DNA of 63,891 bases, filler included, from an uncultured Methanoregulaceae archaeon (GCA_964530035.1; 8 parts of 8 records of this genome joined end to end with filler, not necessarily neighbours in it), one strand, 5' to 3'. Numbered from the whole stretch's first letter, positions 1 to 10,953 are shown. Notes: generated from the sequence alone by a model not told the origin. Numbers and translations: made by a program.

Positions 1-37
1 AAAAAACCGATTTCCGAAAAATCTTGAAAAATTTTTT

Positions 38-214
38 TTATAATAAGCCGAAGAAGACTACCCCGGACATGGTGACCATGATGACCAGGATGACGGCCCC
101 GATCTTGGCCTGGCACTTCGAACAGATGCCGCTGGGTGTCTCTTCTTTCACATAATGCTGCTTGCAGAGTGGGCAGGTCGGGGCTGAAGCAGGTTCCTGG
201 TGCTTGGACCTCAT
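38..214 (-). CDS. 58-aa zinc-finger microprotein with C-terminal membrane anchor (not in ORF track)
   Basis: Hand translation: MRSKHQEPASAPTCPLCKQHYVKEETPSGICSKCQAKIGAVILVIMVTMSGVVFFGLL*; two CxxC motifs then a hydrophobic helix. Confidence 0.75.
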   Translation of the reverse strand: MRSKHQEPASAPTCPLCKQHYVKEETPSGICSKCQAKIGAVILVIMVTMSGVVFFGLL

Positions 215-461
215 ACCATCTCATTTGAAAGGAATGGTTATTAATATGCTCCCTTGAGGGGGTGATTGGGTCCACGGACAAAGTATTTTGGTTTTTTACC
301 CTTCCGGATGCAGGCAGGAGGAATACCGGAGGAGGGCGTCACGGGTATTGTTTCCGCGTTTCCTGGCATACCCTGAAAAGAGAGTCTCCCGGCCTTGCTT
401 TCCGGATGATCTCCATTAACAAATGCAAACATGCTCATAGGGAGGCATTGAAACAAAAACC

Positions 462-1508
462 ATGGAAGTGTCTGCTTGTAAACGTAACACGGGAATGTAC
501 CTCCTGTTTGCCGGAATTTTTTGTCTCCTTGTTGTCGCCTTCTGGCCGGTTATGAGTATCTTCGTGTGGGCGGTCGCCTTTGCAATCGTCCTGATGCCCC
601 TCCAGCGGAGGTTCCGGAGAGTCCTGTCACCCTCGCTTTCCGCGACCCTTATTACAAGCCTGATCGTCATCGGGCTCCTCGTATTTGTCCTGCTTGCCAC
701 AGGGATCCTTTACATGAATCTCGATCATATCGGCCTCATGGTATCCGGGGTGGTGCAGGGCTTCGACAAGACCGGGATCCAGTACCTGCTCCCGCCATTT
801 ACCCAGGAGCAGCTCGCCAATATGCCGGCCACCCTCGTCGGGATGGTCCTCCATGTCATCATCTCCCTTACGAGCAACATCGTGCTCGGGGCCATCCAGG
901 TCGTGGTCCTCTTTCTCTCGCTTTCCATGATACTCTACAAGGGGGACGAGGTCTGGGAGACGTTCACCTGCGGTCTTGCTCCCGTGACAAGGCGGGTCCT
1001 CGACCCGGTTACCACGATTGGCGGCAATACCGTGTACTCGCTCATCTTCGTCCAGGTATCTGCCGCTGTGATCGCCTTTCTCATCGCCGTCCCGTTCTTC
1101 TACCTGTTCGGACATGGCAACGTCATCCTGTACGCCACCCTGACCGGCCTTGCCACGCTGATCCCGATGGTCGGAGCCCAGCTCTTCATCCTGTTCTTCG
1201 TCCTGTACCTTGTCGCTACCGGCGACTTTACGGGAGCAGCCGTCCTGCTCTTTGCCGGCTATCCACTGCTCTCGGGTTGGATTGATTTTTACTACCGGCC
1301 GGTGATGATGGGGAAGAGGACGGCGGTCCACCCCGTGCTGATGATGATCGGGTTTTTCGTGGGGATCCCCTTCATGGGGCTTGTCGGGTTCATCCTCGGG
1401 CCGGTGCTGGTCGCGGTCGGAGCGACAGCCTACCGGATATACCGCGAGGATACCGTTTCTGGTTTCCAAAATTGCGGGGAAGTGCCGGCCCGTCTGAAGG
1501 GGGCGTGA
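462..1508 (+). CDS. AI-2E (UPF0118/PerM) family membrane transporter
   Basis: 348 aa multi-TM; typical C-terminal 'IDFYYRP..MGK...VHP.LMMIGFF.G...MGLVGFILGPV' signature. Confidence 0.9.
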   Translation: MEVSACKRNTGMYLLFAGIFCLLVVAFWPVMSIFVWAVAFAIVLMPLQRRFRRVLSPSLSATLITSLIVIGLLVFVLLATGILYMNLDHIGLMVSGVVQGFDKTGIQYLLPPFTQEQLANMPATLVGMVLHVIISLTSNIVLGAIQVVVLFLSLSMILYKGDEVWETFTCGLAPVTRRVLDPVTTIGGNTVYSLIFVQVSAAVIAFLIAVPFFYLFGHGNVILYATLTGLATLIPMVGAQLFILFFVLYLVATGDFTGAAVLLFAGYPLLSGWIDFYYRPVMMGKRTAVHPVLMMIGFFVGIPFMGLVGFILGPVLVAVGATAYRIYREDTVSGFQNCGEVPARLKGA

Positions 1509-1636
1509 TTCCGGCTGGATACGAAAGATCGAAGGAGAGCCCACCCTGAAAGGCAACCCTCATTTTTTAAGGAGGATCTGCCAGCATACATGGTTTTCAG
1601 GGTGTCTGTGTTTATACGTTGATCTGCAAATAGTAA

Positions 1637-2545
1637 TTGAGTCCTTTCAGCGATGGTGGATTATTGACCAGACTTGACGATTACCTTGGACCCCTCTCCC
1701 AGGGGGTATGGGAGGTCACGGTTCCGAAGCAGAAGGTGACCGATCCTCTTGATCCCGGCTGGGAGAAATCCCCGATTAATGTCCCTTCGCCCGGCACCGT
1801 AGCAAGTTACCGGAAGGGCCGGTTCCATGTGCATGAAACAATGAGTGAATGGAAGGTCCACCTCGACAATCATGACCCGAAACTCCACCCGTACCTCCAC
1901 CTCATCGACGACGCCCCGCTCCTCCTCATGATCGGGGATACCTTTGTCACCCTGGTTGCCGGCACCCGGAAAAAGAAGGGCGAGACCCCGGACGTCCTGG
2001 CCGGCCAGGAACGGGCATGGAAGCAGCAGGTACTCCTTGGTATCGTGACGGTGCTCGCAGGGCTGTTCATCATTCTTTCACCTCTCCTGTTTTTTGAAGG
2101 GATCTTTACCCTGGTCCTCCCCCTGGCCATAATCGCGATGGGATTCATCACCCTGTACCACGGGCTGAACCCGGGGCGGGAAAACAGGAGGGACCGGGAG
2201 GGAATCGTGCGGGGCGTTGGGATCGTCATAGCCGGAATAATCGCCGGGTTCCTTCCTGTGCAGTTCTGGGCCCTCATCGTCCTCATGGTCCTTGCCGGGT
2301 GGATGCTCGCAAGTGCGTTCTTCCTGTTCGGCCGTGCGGTCAAAGGCCGTGCAGCGATTCCCGAGGGTTTTTTCAGCCGGGTGGCTATTGCAGCCATATC
2401 CCTCATACTGGCAGCCCTTATCTTTATCGAGCCCCTCGGGATACTTGCACTGCTTATGCTCTTTGTTGGTGTTCTCGCCTTTCTCCTGGGTATCGTGCTT
2501 GCCGTCAATGGCCTAAGGCTCCGCGACAGGATGACTTCGGCATAA
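1637..2545 (+). CDS. HdeD/DUF308-like membrane protein with soluble His-rich N-terminal domain
   Basis: TTG start about 20 nt after a TATA-like TTTATACG; C-terminal six TM helices of DUF308 style. Confidence 0.7.
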   Translation: MSPFSDGGLLTRLDDYLGPLSQGVWEVTVPKQKVTDPLDPGWEKSPINVPSPGTVASYRKGRFHVHETMSEWKVHLDNHDPKLHPYLHLIDDAPLLLMIGDTFVTLVAGTRKKKGETPDVLAGQERAWKQQVLLGIVTVLAGLFIILSPLLFFEGIFTLVLPLAIIAMGFITLYHGLNPGRENRRDREGIVRGVGIVIAGIIAGFLPVQFWALIVLMVLAGWMLASAFFLFGRAVKGRAAIPEGFFSRVAIAAISLILAALIFIEPLGILALLMLFVGVLAFLLGIVLAVNGLRLRDRMTSA

Positions 2546-2798
2546 ATCCGGCTCCTTTTTTTCGCATTGGAATACAACCGGAGTTGCTTTCGTTAACAGA
2601 TATCTCCATTTAAGGCTCTGATACTGGAGAAACCACGCTAAACGAAGGAACCGGAACAGTGTCGCACACTACAGGAAGGCCTTTCAATCGAGGGGAAAAG
2701 GGTACAGGATTGGGCTGGTGCTCCGGACCCCGTCAAGCCGGGACTTGTTTATCCCTCGTTTTCCAGGAATAAAAATGGTGTTCCAGGCGGTCCTGGCG

Positions 2799-3785
2799 TT
2801 ATTTTTTCTTTTTGTCTTTTTTGTTTTTCTTTGACTTCTTTTTGCTGTCAGCACCATTATTGCCTTTTTCAGAAGGTTCTGCCGTCGGTGCTGTCCCGCC
2901 ATCCTCTTCGAGGAGCTGTTTCCTCGCAAGCTCAAGTTCCTTCTTCTTCTCGTCGTCAACCTCCGGGTAGGAGATGTCCAGGCTGGCGAGTGTATTGTAG
3001 ATTATCGCTGCGACCCCCAGCTGGGTCATCCACTTGTGATCGGCGGGCATGATGAACCAGGGGGCCCATTCTGTACTGGTATGGTTGATCAGTTCCTCGT
3101 AAGCATCGATATAATGGTCCCAGAACTGCCGTTCTTTCACATCGCCGGTCGAAAACTTCCAGTTCTTCTCAGGGAGGTCAAGCCGTTCCAGGAACCTTTT
3201 TTTCTGCTCATCCTTCGAGACGTACAGGAAGAACTTCAGCACGATGATGCCGTTGTTGACGAGGTACTTCTCAAAATTGTTGATCTCCTCGAACCGCTGG
3301 TTCCATATCTTTTTCATGTCGGTTTTCGGAGGCAGGTTCTGGTATTCCAGGAGCTCGGGGTGGACCCGTGTCACGAGGACCTCCTCGTAGTATGAACGGT
3401 TGAATATGCCTATCCGCCCTTTTTCAGGAAGAGCCTTCATATTGCGCCAGAGATAGTCATGGTCCAGTTCCTCAGACGAGGGCGCCTTGAAACTGGTGAC
3501 GTCCACCCCCTGCGGGTTGATCCCTGACATGACATGCTTGATTGTGCTGTCCTTTCCGGCTGCATCGAGGGCCTGGAAGATGATGAGCAGGGCGTAGGTA
3601 TTGTCAGCATACAGCTTGTCCTGCCATTCGGCCAGTTTGCTGATTCCTTCTGCAAGTTTCTGGTTTGCCTCCTCCTTGGACCACCCCTCGGCGGTCTTCC
3701 CGGGGTCAAAGTCCTTTCTCAAATCGATAGATTTCCCTGGTTGAACTCTCGAGTATTTCAGCAAATCATCATAGTCGGCTGCCAT
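2799..3785 (-). CDS. ppk2: polyphosphate kinase 2 family protein
   Basis: Walker A 'QALDAAGKDSTI', 'FKAPSSEEL.HDYLWR', 'FNRSYYEEVL', 'APW..MPADHKW'. Confidence 0.95.
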   Translation of the reverse strand: MAADYDDLLKYSRVQPGKSIDLRKDFDPGKTAEGWSKEEANQKLAEGISKLAEWQDKLYADNTYALLIIFQALDAAGKDSTIKHVMSGINPQGVDVTSFKAPSSEELDHDYLWRNMKALPEKGRIGIFNRSYYEEVLVTRVHPELLEYQNLPPKTDMKKIWNQRFEEINNFEKYLVNNGIIVLKFFLYVSKDEQKKRFLERLDLPEKNWKFSTGDVKERQFWDHYIDAYEELINHTSTEWAPWFIMPADHKWMTQLGVAAIIYNTLASLDISYPEVDDEKKKELELARKQLLEEDGGTAPTAEPSEKGNNGADSKKKSKKNKKDKKKK

Positions 3786-4022
3786 CTGGTATCACCGTCA
3801 GAAAGGGGGTGGCTCTCACTGCAAGACCGCCTTTAAGGCAGGTTCTCCGCCCGGCCTACTTAATGGTTTGGATGGACGAAACCCCTGAGGGTGACAAGAT
3901 AGTGAAATACGGATTTATTTAGGAGAGAGGGAGGACGTGGTCTGAGGGATAACCCGGAGGTGTAACCCCTGGCCGCCGACACCAGGGTGAGTCCGTCTCC
4001 CCAAAAAGAAATGCTGAAGGTA

Positions 4023-4919
4023 TCAGATGAAGGCGCCGAGGCAGATTGAGCCTGCATAGCAGATCATCGCCAGGTGAAACAGGGGCAATACCTTCAGGGC
4101 CGCATCGGGGGTTGGCTTTCTCAGGAGGGTCATGTTCGCGACAAGGACAAGCACGATTCCACCTGCCAGCCCGGCCTGTCCGACCCATGTCAACCGTCCC
4201 GCAAAGAGGAACGCCATGAATACATGGAAAACGGTGAAGAGAGCGATCCATAGTGTGGTCCCTTTCATTCCGTAGAGGAGAGGTATCGTGTTCATCCCCC
4301 GGGCCCGGTCGTTTTCAATGTCGACGAGGTCATTGACGCCCAGGTGTGCCATCGCAAAGGGATAGAAAAACACAAAGTACAAGGCCGTGGTCAGGTCCGC
4401 CATCCCTGCACAGAGATACCCGGCCACGGGGAAAAGGGCGAAATCAGTTCTCCCGATGAGCTGTGCCACGGGAAACCGCTCGTGTCTTTTCATGACCTGG
4501 TAAAACACCTCGGCGCCATAACAATAGACCATGATGATAAGGACATACCATGAATGCGGGGCTGGAAGGGTCAGGATGAGGACGGTTGCAGCTCCCGCGA
4601 GAAGTACAAAGACAAGAAGTGCAAGGCGGGGAGAAACAAGCCCGGAAGGGATAGGCCTCATCCCGAAGAGGCGCCAGTATTTTGTGAGGCGGTGCGACTC
4701 AACGTCCCTTCGGTCATAGTCCCGGTCGACATAATCGTTGAGCACCAGTCCCGCCTCGAACCCGAAAAAGCCTATCAGGGCAGCCACTAAGAGGCCGGTC
4801 CAGGAAAATCCGCCATAGGCAGTGGTAGCAAGGAGGTACCCGGAACAGAACAGCAATGGCCAGGCAAAGAAAAAATGAAGTCTCATGAGGTCAACAAAAG
4901 CCCTGGTGGTCTTGTTCAT
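4023..4919 (-). CDS. UbiA family prenyltransferase
   Basis: Asp-rich motifs 'NDYVDRDYD' and 'NDLVDIEND', 'RPIPSG', multi-TM. Confidence 0.9.
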   Translation of the reverse strand: MNKTTRAFVDLMRLHFFFAWPLLFCSGYLLATTAYGGFSWTGLLVAALIGFFGFEAGLVLNDYVDRDYDRRDVESHRLTKYWRLFGMRPIPSGLVSPRLALLVFVLLAGAATVLILTLPAPHSWYVLIIMVYCYGAEVFYQVMKRHERFPVAQLIGRTDFALFPVAGYLCAGMADLTTALYFVFFYPFAMAHLGVNDLVDIENDRARGMNTIPLLYGMKGTTLWIALFTVFHVFMAFLFAGRLTWVGQAGLAGGIVLVLVANMTLLRKPTPDAALKVLPLFHLAMICYAGSICLGAFI

Positions 4920-5347
4920 GGAAATCGCCTTTCAGGCACCTGGAAAAACATTTTCCCTGGTTTCCGGGTGCAGGGTATTTTTTTCCTATAAGAAGGTATA
5001 TGGCTTAAATAAGCCGGTTTGTCCTTGGGGTAGACTTCCTCCTGAAGTGAATGCCGTAGGTGCCAGGAAAATACCCATTTCCGATGGAGGTGTATCAGGA
5101 CATTACTCAGGGTCTGAACGTCAACCGGCTCAGGGGGCTATTCGGAGGTTTCCCAGGAAATATCCTTTGTCCTGTCAGCCCTGCCTTGACAAGCGGCAAA
5201 AATCTTTGTATGCAAAAACAACACCCCCTCCATATCGGACATCGCATACTTCCCTATCCCTGCTAAGAAGGTCGTCCGGGCCAGGGACCCCTTTTACACA
5301 ATCATCGAAGGTACCAAAAAGAGGAGGGTTGAGAACAGGGAATTCAT

Positions 5348-5740
5348 TCAGGACTGGACTCCGAATGCTTTCTTCGTGGACGGCAGGAGGCAGTATATCA
5401 GGATAATCCCGCTGATGAGGATGATCGGTGCCATCGCCTGCCAGGAAGACGCACCTAGCCATGATAACAGGGCGTATACGAGGTTTATTACTGATATTGC
5501 CACCATGAAGAACCATCCCTGCTGCTGTACTTCCCATAGGGACCAGAACACGGCAACCCAGATGAAGAACAACAGGCCCCAGAAGAATGCCCCGATGAGG
5601 CTGAAGGTAAAGAACATTACCGGCCCGTAAAACATCGGCAGGAGGTGGAGCATCTGTAGCGTGTAGATTAGAGCGTGCAACGCTCCGAGGATCGCAAGGA
5701 TTGCCAGAATGGTTATACCGAGTGGTCGTGTCTTCTTCAT
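5348..5740 (-). CDS. four-TM hypothetical membrane protein
   Basis: 130 aa, 'RPLGITILAIL' start, four hydrophobic segments. Confidence 0.75.
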   Translation of the reverse strand: MKKTRPLGITILAILAILGALHALIYTLQMLHLLPMFYGPVMFFTFSLIGAFFWGLLFFIWVAVFWSLWEVQQQGWFFMVAISVINLVYALLSWLGASSWQAMAPIILISGIILIYCLLPSTKKAFGVQS

Positions 5741-6116
5741 GGTGCTTTTCCCGGTACCTTCATTCCTTTTAACCCATTAATCAATATCGGAATTCTCCTC
5801 CTTGCCTGCAGGTATGATACTCACGTGGAATTCCCTTGGTACTTTCTCTTCTTTCCGTATGATTTCTTTTATTGCATTGCCGGCTATCCGGGTAAAACCT
5901 GGCTTTGCTGGAATTTTCCCGTTTGACTCTGGTCTGGCGAATCCTTTCTTCACGACCCCCCTCCCAGGGCAGATGGATCCAAAGGTCCTTGGGGGTTGTC
6001 CAGGGATCCAATACAGGGGCCGGTCATTTTTCCATCATCCTTTCTCATCAGGAAACCGGGAACCCGGGCAGGACCAGGCGGATGTAATGTCCGGGATGTA
6101 AAAAGGTAAAAAAAGT

Positions 6117-6689
6117 TCAGGCAGGAGCAGCCTCTTCAGGATGACCCTTGAGGTAGAGTGACCATACGATTGCGACGATCCCGCCGATGATCCCAAGTGC
6201 CCCGAGGATGAACGGGAGAAGGATTGTGCTTACCAGGGGGTTTGCCAGGAGTACACAGCCGAAGATGACAAGGAATATGCCGACGATCCCTGCACCCCAG
6301 TCGTGGCCCATGAATGCGGCGACCATGCTCATGAACCCCATGATGAGCCCCAGCACCCCGACGAGGATGACGAAGAGGTACGGGACGAGGAGGGCCGAGT
6401 AATACGGGTAGGCGAGGATTGCAATCCCGGCAATGATCCCGAGCACGCCAAAAAAGATCTTCCAGCCGAGGTTTGACCTGTCAACGGCAAGGGTAAACAG
6501 CCCAAGAAGTCCGCTGATGAACCAGTAGGCCCCGATGAAGGTCACGGCGAGCATCAGGGTGCCAAAGGGGAAGGTCACGAAGGCTATCCCGAGGAGAAAA
6601 GTTACAATGCCCCATATGAGGACGATCCACCACGGAAATAGCGGTATTTCCGGGGTGAAACACGCTGAAGGTATAAGTGTTTCAGACAT
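6117..6689 (-). CDS. HdeD/DUF308 family membrane protein
   Basis: 'WW.VLIWGI...LGI' start and two DUF308-like repeats. Confidence 0.85.
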   Translation of the reverse strand: MSETLIPSACFTPEIPLFPWWIVLIWGIVTFLLGIAFVTFPFGTLMLAVTFIGAYWFISGLLGLFTLAVDRSNLGWKIFFGVLGIIAGIAILAYPYYSALLVPYLFVILVGVLGLIMGFMSMVAAFMGHDWGAGIVGIFLVIFGCVLLANPLVSTILLPFILGALGIIGGIVAIVWSLYLKGHPEEAAPA

Positions 6690-6923
6690 GGGTGATCCAT
6701 GTCAGTACTCCACCATGGTGGGTATAGCATTTGCGGCAGGGATGCTGGTGTCTTCATCAGGAAATTGCACCAGGTCCACCTGCCTTGGGAGGGAGCCATT
6801 GGAGGTAGTCAGGAGCCCGGGGCTGATAACAAAATACAAACGGGATGTTGAGGGCCAAAATCTCCACATCCGGGATAAAAAGAAGATGAAGGGCGAAGCA
6901 GGGGCGGCCCACTGCCGCCCGGG

Positions 6924-8060
6924 TTATTTCGGAAACACCTCTTCGAGGTCGCCCAGGTGTTTCAGCCTGAGGAGGTTCTGCACGTTGATACCGATCGAGT
7001 AGGTGGGAAAGAGCTTGAACATCTGTCTCCGGTTGATGGCATAGAGCTCCGTTTCCCTGACAAGGGCAAGTGCATCGAACATACGGTCGCCTTCCGTACC
7101 TGGGTCATCCTGCGTCGTGTCTCCACCGGGGCTGGCCTTCCCGGAAGTCGTGTCCAGGAGCGTCACGGCATGGTCAAGCTTCTCCATGAGATCCCTGCAC
7201 AGGTCATGGGCGACCTTCCTGCTGAGTAGGTACTGCAGGAACTGGACGATGACGACCTGGGTCAGGAGGATGACGGGGATCCAGAGGTTCGTCCTGATGG
7301 TCAGGAACTCCGAGACGTTGATGAACTTCAGGAGCGTGAAGCCCGGGAGGAGGATGGCCAGGAGGAGCAGGATAACCGCGGCTGTTGCGACGAACAGGAA
7401 CATAAGACCGAGGAGTGCCAGCAGTAGGATCTTTTTTCTCCGCTCCCTGCCCTGTTGGAACACATAACGGGTGAAGTGGAGTATCCGTTCCCTGAAGAAG
7501 AAGATCTCGATGTAAAAGAGGATAATCCCGATGCACTGGACGGTGATGAACCCATACGTCTCCCCGGGAAGGACCCCTGAACGGCAAAGAAAGGCCGAAT
7601 AGGCCAGGGAGAGAAGATAGATGCAGATCATCCCGGTGGTAAGCGGGAGGAGGCTGGCGATGAAAAATCTCCAGAACAACCTGAACCCCACCCGCTTGTT
7701 CCTGAAGATGTGAGCCCTCCGTGCCCAGGCAAATGCCGAGGGTTTATCAGTCCCTTCATCGGGTTTCTGGTCGGGTTTCAGGAAATAGCGGAATGGAAAC
7801 AGGAAAAGGGGGAGCAGGGGGTAGAAGATGTAGAAGTACAGGCTGGCCGATATCCAGAACAGCATGTACGATGTTGTCAGGGTAAGAAAAGCCCACAGGT
7901 TGATGCCAAGGGCCAGGACGAGTGCCACGAGAGGTGGCCAGCCGGCACGGTCCTGCCTGATGCCCGCCTGTATCGTTAAAAAACGTTCCCGTTCATCCCG
8001 GACTCTCCGGAGAAGATGATCTCGTGCGACCTCATCGGAAGAAACAGTATTCCCGGTCAC
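6924..8060 (-). CDS. hypothetical multi-pass membrane protein
   Basis: 378-aa ORF, about six TM segments, GGAGGTG ribosome-binding site upstream of GTG. Confidence 0.75.
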   Translation of the reverse strand: MTGNTVSSDEVARDHLLRRVRDERERFLTIQAGIRQDRAGWPPLVALVLALGINLWAFLTLTTSYMLFWISASLYFYIFYPLLPLFLFPFRYFLKPDQKPDEGTDKPSAFAWARRAHIFRNKRVGFRLFWRFFIASLLPLTTGMICIYLLSLAYSAFLCRSGVLPGETYGFITVQCIGIILFYIEIFFFRERILHFTRYVFQQGRERRKKILLLALLGLMFLFVATAAVILLLLAILLPGFTLLKFINVSEFLTIRTNLWIPVILLTQVVIVQFLQYLLSRKVAHDLCRDLMEKLDHAVTLLDTTSGKASPGGDTTQDDPGTEGDRMFDALALVRETELYAINRRQMFKLFPTYSIGINVQNLLRLKHLGDLEEVFPK

Positions 8061-8414
8061 GGCTTATCGCACCTCCCATTCAGGTGGTCTGGATTTCCTT
8101 GAATACATATCGATGGCGGTCCGAATTGTTCGGGGGTTCAGGGGCCCGGATTCATTACACGATAAGAATAGGTATAGTCCGGGTATGAGCCCGGACCCAG
8201 GAAATTTGCTGTATGGTCAGGAACGTCGATCTAAAAAGAAGCTATCGCCTCTGTTGAATCCATTGGCTGGAATTGCATCTGATGGAGATCTCTTATGAGG
8301 GGTGAATAAAATTGAAGATAGATGGAGTCAACAGAGCAAAAAATCTCAATTTTAAGGAATAATTCTTCCCTGCCTGATATAATTGCCAGGTAATCTGCAT
8401 GATTGAAGAAACGG

Positions 8415-8514
8415 NNNNNNNNNNNNNNNNNNNNNNNNNNNNNNNNNNNNNNNNNNNNTTAATTAATTAANNNNNNNNNNNNNNNNNNNNNNNNNNNNNN
8501 NNNNNNNNNNNNNN
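8415..8514. other. artificial contig linker
   Basis: N44-TTAATTAATTAA-N44 (stops in all six frames). Confidence 0.99.
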
Positions 8515-8515
8515 C

Positions 8516-9991
8516 TATGACAACCCTGACCGGATGTACTCCGTAAGGGAGGCGGGCAAGGCATTTATCAACGAGATGGCGAGCACAAGGGACCAGATAG
8601 GGGTCGTTACCTTTGGAAGAAAAGGCTCCATCAGCCGTCCGGGATACAACTCAGGGATCTCCACCTCAGAAATCAACAATGTCTACATCTACCCGAGGAG
8701 CTATGCGGACTATGCCACTATCGATAAATCCCTGACCAATAACTTTGCCGACGTCAGGAACGAGCTGGACAAGATCCTCCCGGACCATGGAACCCCGATG
8801 AGGTATGCTGTTTATAAATCCATCAAGGATATCGTTGCAAATGGGAGAGGGAACTCGGTAAGGGCAATAATCGTCCTGTCTGACGGGGATTACAACTGGT
8901 ACGGCGATCCTCTTGCCCGGGGATCCGGATCGACAACGACAGACCCGACCAGTTATGGAACGTTAACCACAAATTATCGTAAATTTACAGATATAAGCCA
9001 GCAAAACCTGACGAATTACGCGAAAGACAACGATATTAAGATCTTTTCCATCGGGTTTGCGGATGATATATCTGATGGTGGCCGGAATACTCTCCGGGTT
9101 CTCGCCGAAGGGACTGGTGGCAAGTATTACGACGGCAATGCAGCGAACATCAACCAGATTTACGAGGACATCGCGGGTGAGCTGCAGACTGAGGCCGGGG
9201 CCGATATCACCATTGCCATGGACTTCGGCACCATCACGGTGGACGGCACGGCTGTTGACAATACGGGCAACCAGGTCCTTGAATACCAGTATGCACCCAA
9301 TCCCCCGTACGAGTCCACGAAAACCATCAGGTATTTCTCCGGAAATACAACCCAGATAAACTATCCCATAAGTGACGACCGGACGATGTGGAACCTCCAC
9401 CACACCCTGTCATTCTCCGTGGGAAAGATCAATCTCGGTGACTACTGGCAGACCCAGTTCAGGTTGAAGGTCAACAGGAATGGTGTCGTCGACATCTTCG
9501 GGCCGAACTCCGGGGTCGACTATACCCTGGACGGTGTCGCCCAGCCACGGCTTGAACTCCCGAAAATTACCGTATATGGGAACCCGAACCTCCAGGGAGG
9601 GATATCAAGCTGTAGTGCGGAAATTACCCAGATAAAATACACCCCTGAAGCAGGGGCGAATGCCGCTCCCTATGTACTTCCAAGAGGGACGAAGTCAGTT
9701 TCTGCGTCCTGGAACCTCAACTCAACCTGTGGTGGGAATATTACCGAGATCATCGAGTACCGGCTGGTCGACCGCGATACCGGGTGGAACACGATGATTA
9801 CACAACCGGTTGACTCGTACGGAACGCACAACGCGGTCCTTGATCTCAGTGACGTCCGACCTGGCGAAGTCGTTTCATTCCGCCTGAAGGTCAAGGTACC
9901 TGAAGGAACCTCGTTATCGGGTTATCAGCCTGACAGCGAAATACGATCTTATGTTATTCAGCCACCCAAGCCTGCCATACGGCTTGAGTAA
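8516..9991 (+). CDS. vWA-domain surface protein/adhesin, 5'-truncated at contig edge
   Basis: vWA elements 'DQIGVVTF', 'GTPMRYAV', 'IIVLSDG', 'IFSIGF', 'LAEGTGGKYY'; beta-rich C-terminus; frame open to the gap. Confidence 0.85.
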   Translation, partial: YDNPDRMYSVREAGKAFINEMASTRDQIGVVTFGRKGSISRPGYNSGISTSEINNVYIYPRSYADYATIDKSLTNNFADVRNELDKILPDHGTPMRYAVYKSIKDIVANGRGNSVRAIIVLSDGDYNWYGDPLARGSGSTTTDPTSYGTLTTNYRKFTDISQQNLTNYAKDNDIKIFSIGFADDISDGGRNTLRVLAEGTGGKYYDGNAANINQIYEDIAGELQTEAGADITIAMDFGTITVDGTAVDNTGNQVLEYQYAPNPPYESTKTIRYFSGNTTQINYPISDDRTMWNLHHTLSFSVGKINLGDYWQTQFRLKVNRNGVVDIFGPNSGVDYTLDGVAQPRLELPKITVYGNPNLQGGISSCSAEITQIKYTPEAGANAAPYVLPRGTKSVSASWNLNSTCGGNITEIIEYRLVDRDTGWNTMITQPVDSYGTHNAVLDLSDVRPGEVVSFRLKVKVPEGTSLSGYQPDSEIRSYVIQPPKPAIRLE

Positions 9992-10138
9992 TCTTTTTTT
10001 GAGATTTGGTGTTCACTCTGAACCTGCTTTTTAATTTGCATTTTAATTCCACGAAGCAGAATAAACTCAGGGGAAGTCAGTCGGGATTCACACCTTGAAA
10101 TGCCCATTTTCGGGATATAATAATGGATAAGGGTTAAA

Positions 10139-10951
10139 TTAAAGAGAAGAGAATTTTATCGTATAGGTCTTAATTATCACGTTTTCTATAGGTGGGTTGG
10201 TCTGGATATCAAATGAAACGGTAGATGTGCCTGCACCACTCTCTGAAACCGGAGCAAGGGTCGACTGGATGAAATTCGTCCAGGCGTCCTTGTACTTAAT
10301 GGGAAGGTCAATGTCCTCATGGTATTGTATCCGTACTCCGTTTCCAATGAATGCGGCATCTCCCGGCATTGAGTAGGTAGTTGTCTGGGGTGGGTCCATG
10401 TGCATCTTCACGGTCCCGAGGGACGTCTGGGAGAGGGAGCCCCCTTCGGGTGCCAGTTGTATCAGGTTGATGACAAGAGTCCGGGAGGGTGTGTCAATAT
10501 ACCAGCGGGGTTCGGAAAGCATCACTGAGCCGTTCGCCCCTTCAAATCCACCGATGACGGCGCCATTCTGTATGACGGTATGGACACCTTTATCGGACTG
10601 ATAATGCAGCTCCCCGGGATAAAACCGTGTAACTAAAGGGGGAGTGTCTGGCAAGGGCGGAACTGGGATGAATTCAAAGTAACGCGAACCTTCGGGTGCA
10701 TTTAATGAAAGACTTCCGCCAGCAACCTGTATCCCCATCTCACGGTACGGGACCGATTTGTAGGCAAGGCTTTTTATCTCGTTTTGCAGGACAATTAAGG
10801 TCTGCTCCATGTTCTTAGAATCGGCGTTGGCTTTTGCCTGCATGAGAACGGGATAGCCGTACATCGTAACCATGCCGATACCAGCCATTACTATGGCAAA
10901 GATCAATACGAACCCGATGACTTCGGATACTGCTGCGTCTGATGGTTTCAT
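10139..10951 (-). CDS. archaeal type IV pilin-like protein
   Basis: class III signal peptide 'DAA|VSEVIGFVLIFAIV'. Confidence 0.85.
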   Translation of the reverse strand: MKPSDAAVSEVIGFVLIFAIVMAGIGMVTMYGYPVLMQAKANADSKNMEQTLIVLQNEIKSLAYKSVPYREMGIQVAGGSLSLNAPEGSRYFEFIPVPPLPDTPPLVTRFYPGELHYQSDKGVHTVIQNGAVIGGFEGANGSVMLSEPRWYIDTPSRTLVINLIQLAPEGGSLSQTSLGTVKMHMDPPQTTTYSMPGDAAFIGNGVRIQYHEDIDLPIKYKDAWTNFIQSTLAPVSESGAGTSTVSFDIQTNPPIENVIIKTYTIKFSSL

Positions 10952-10953
10952 CT

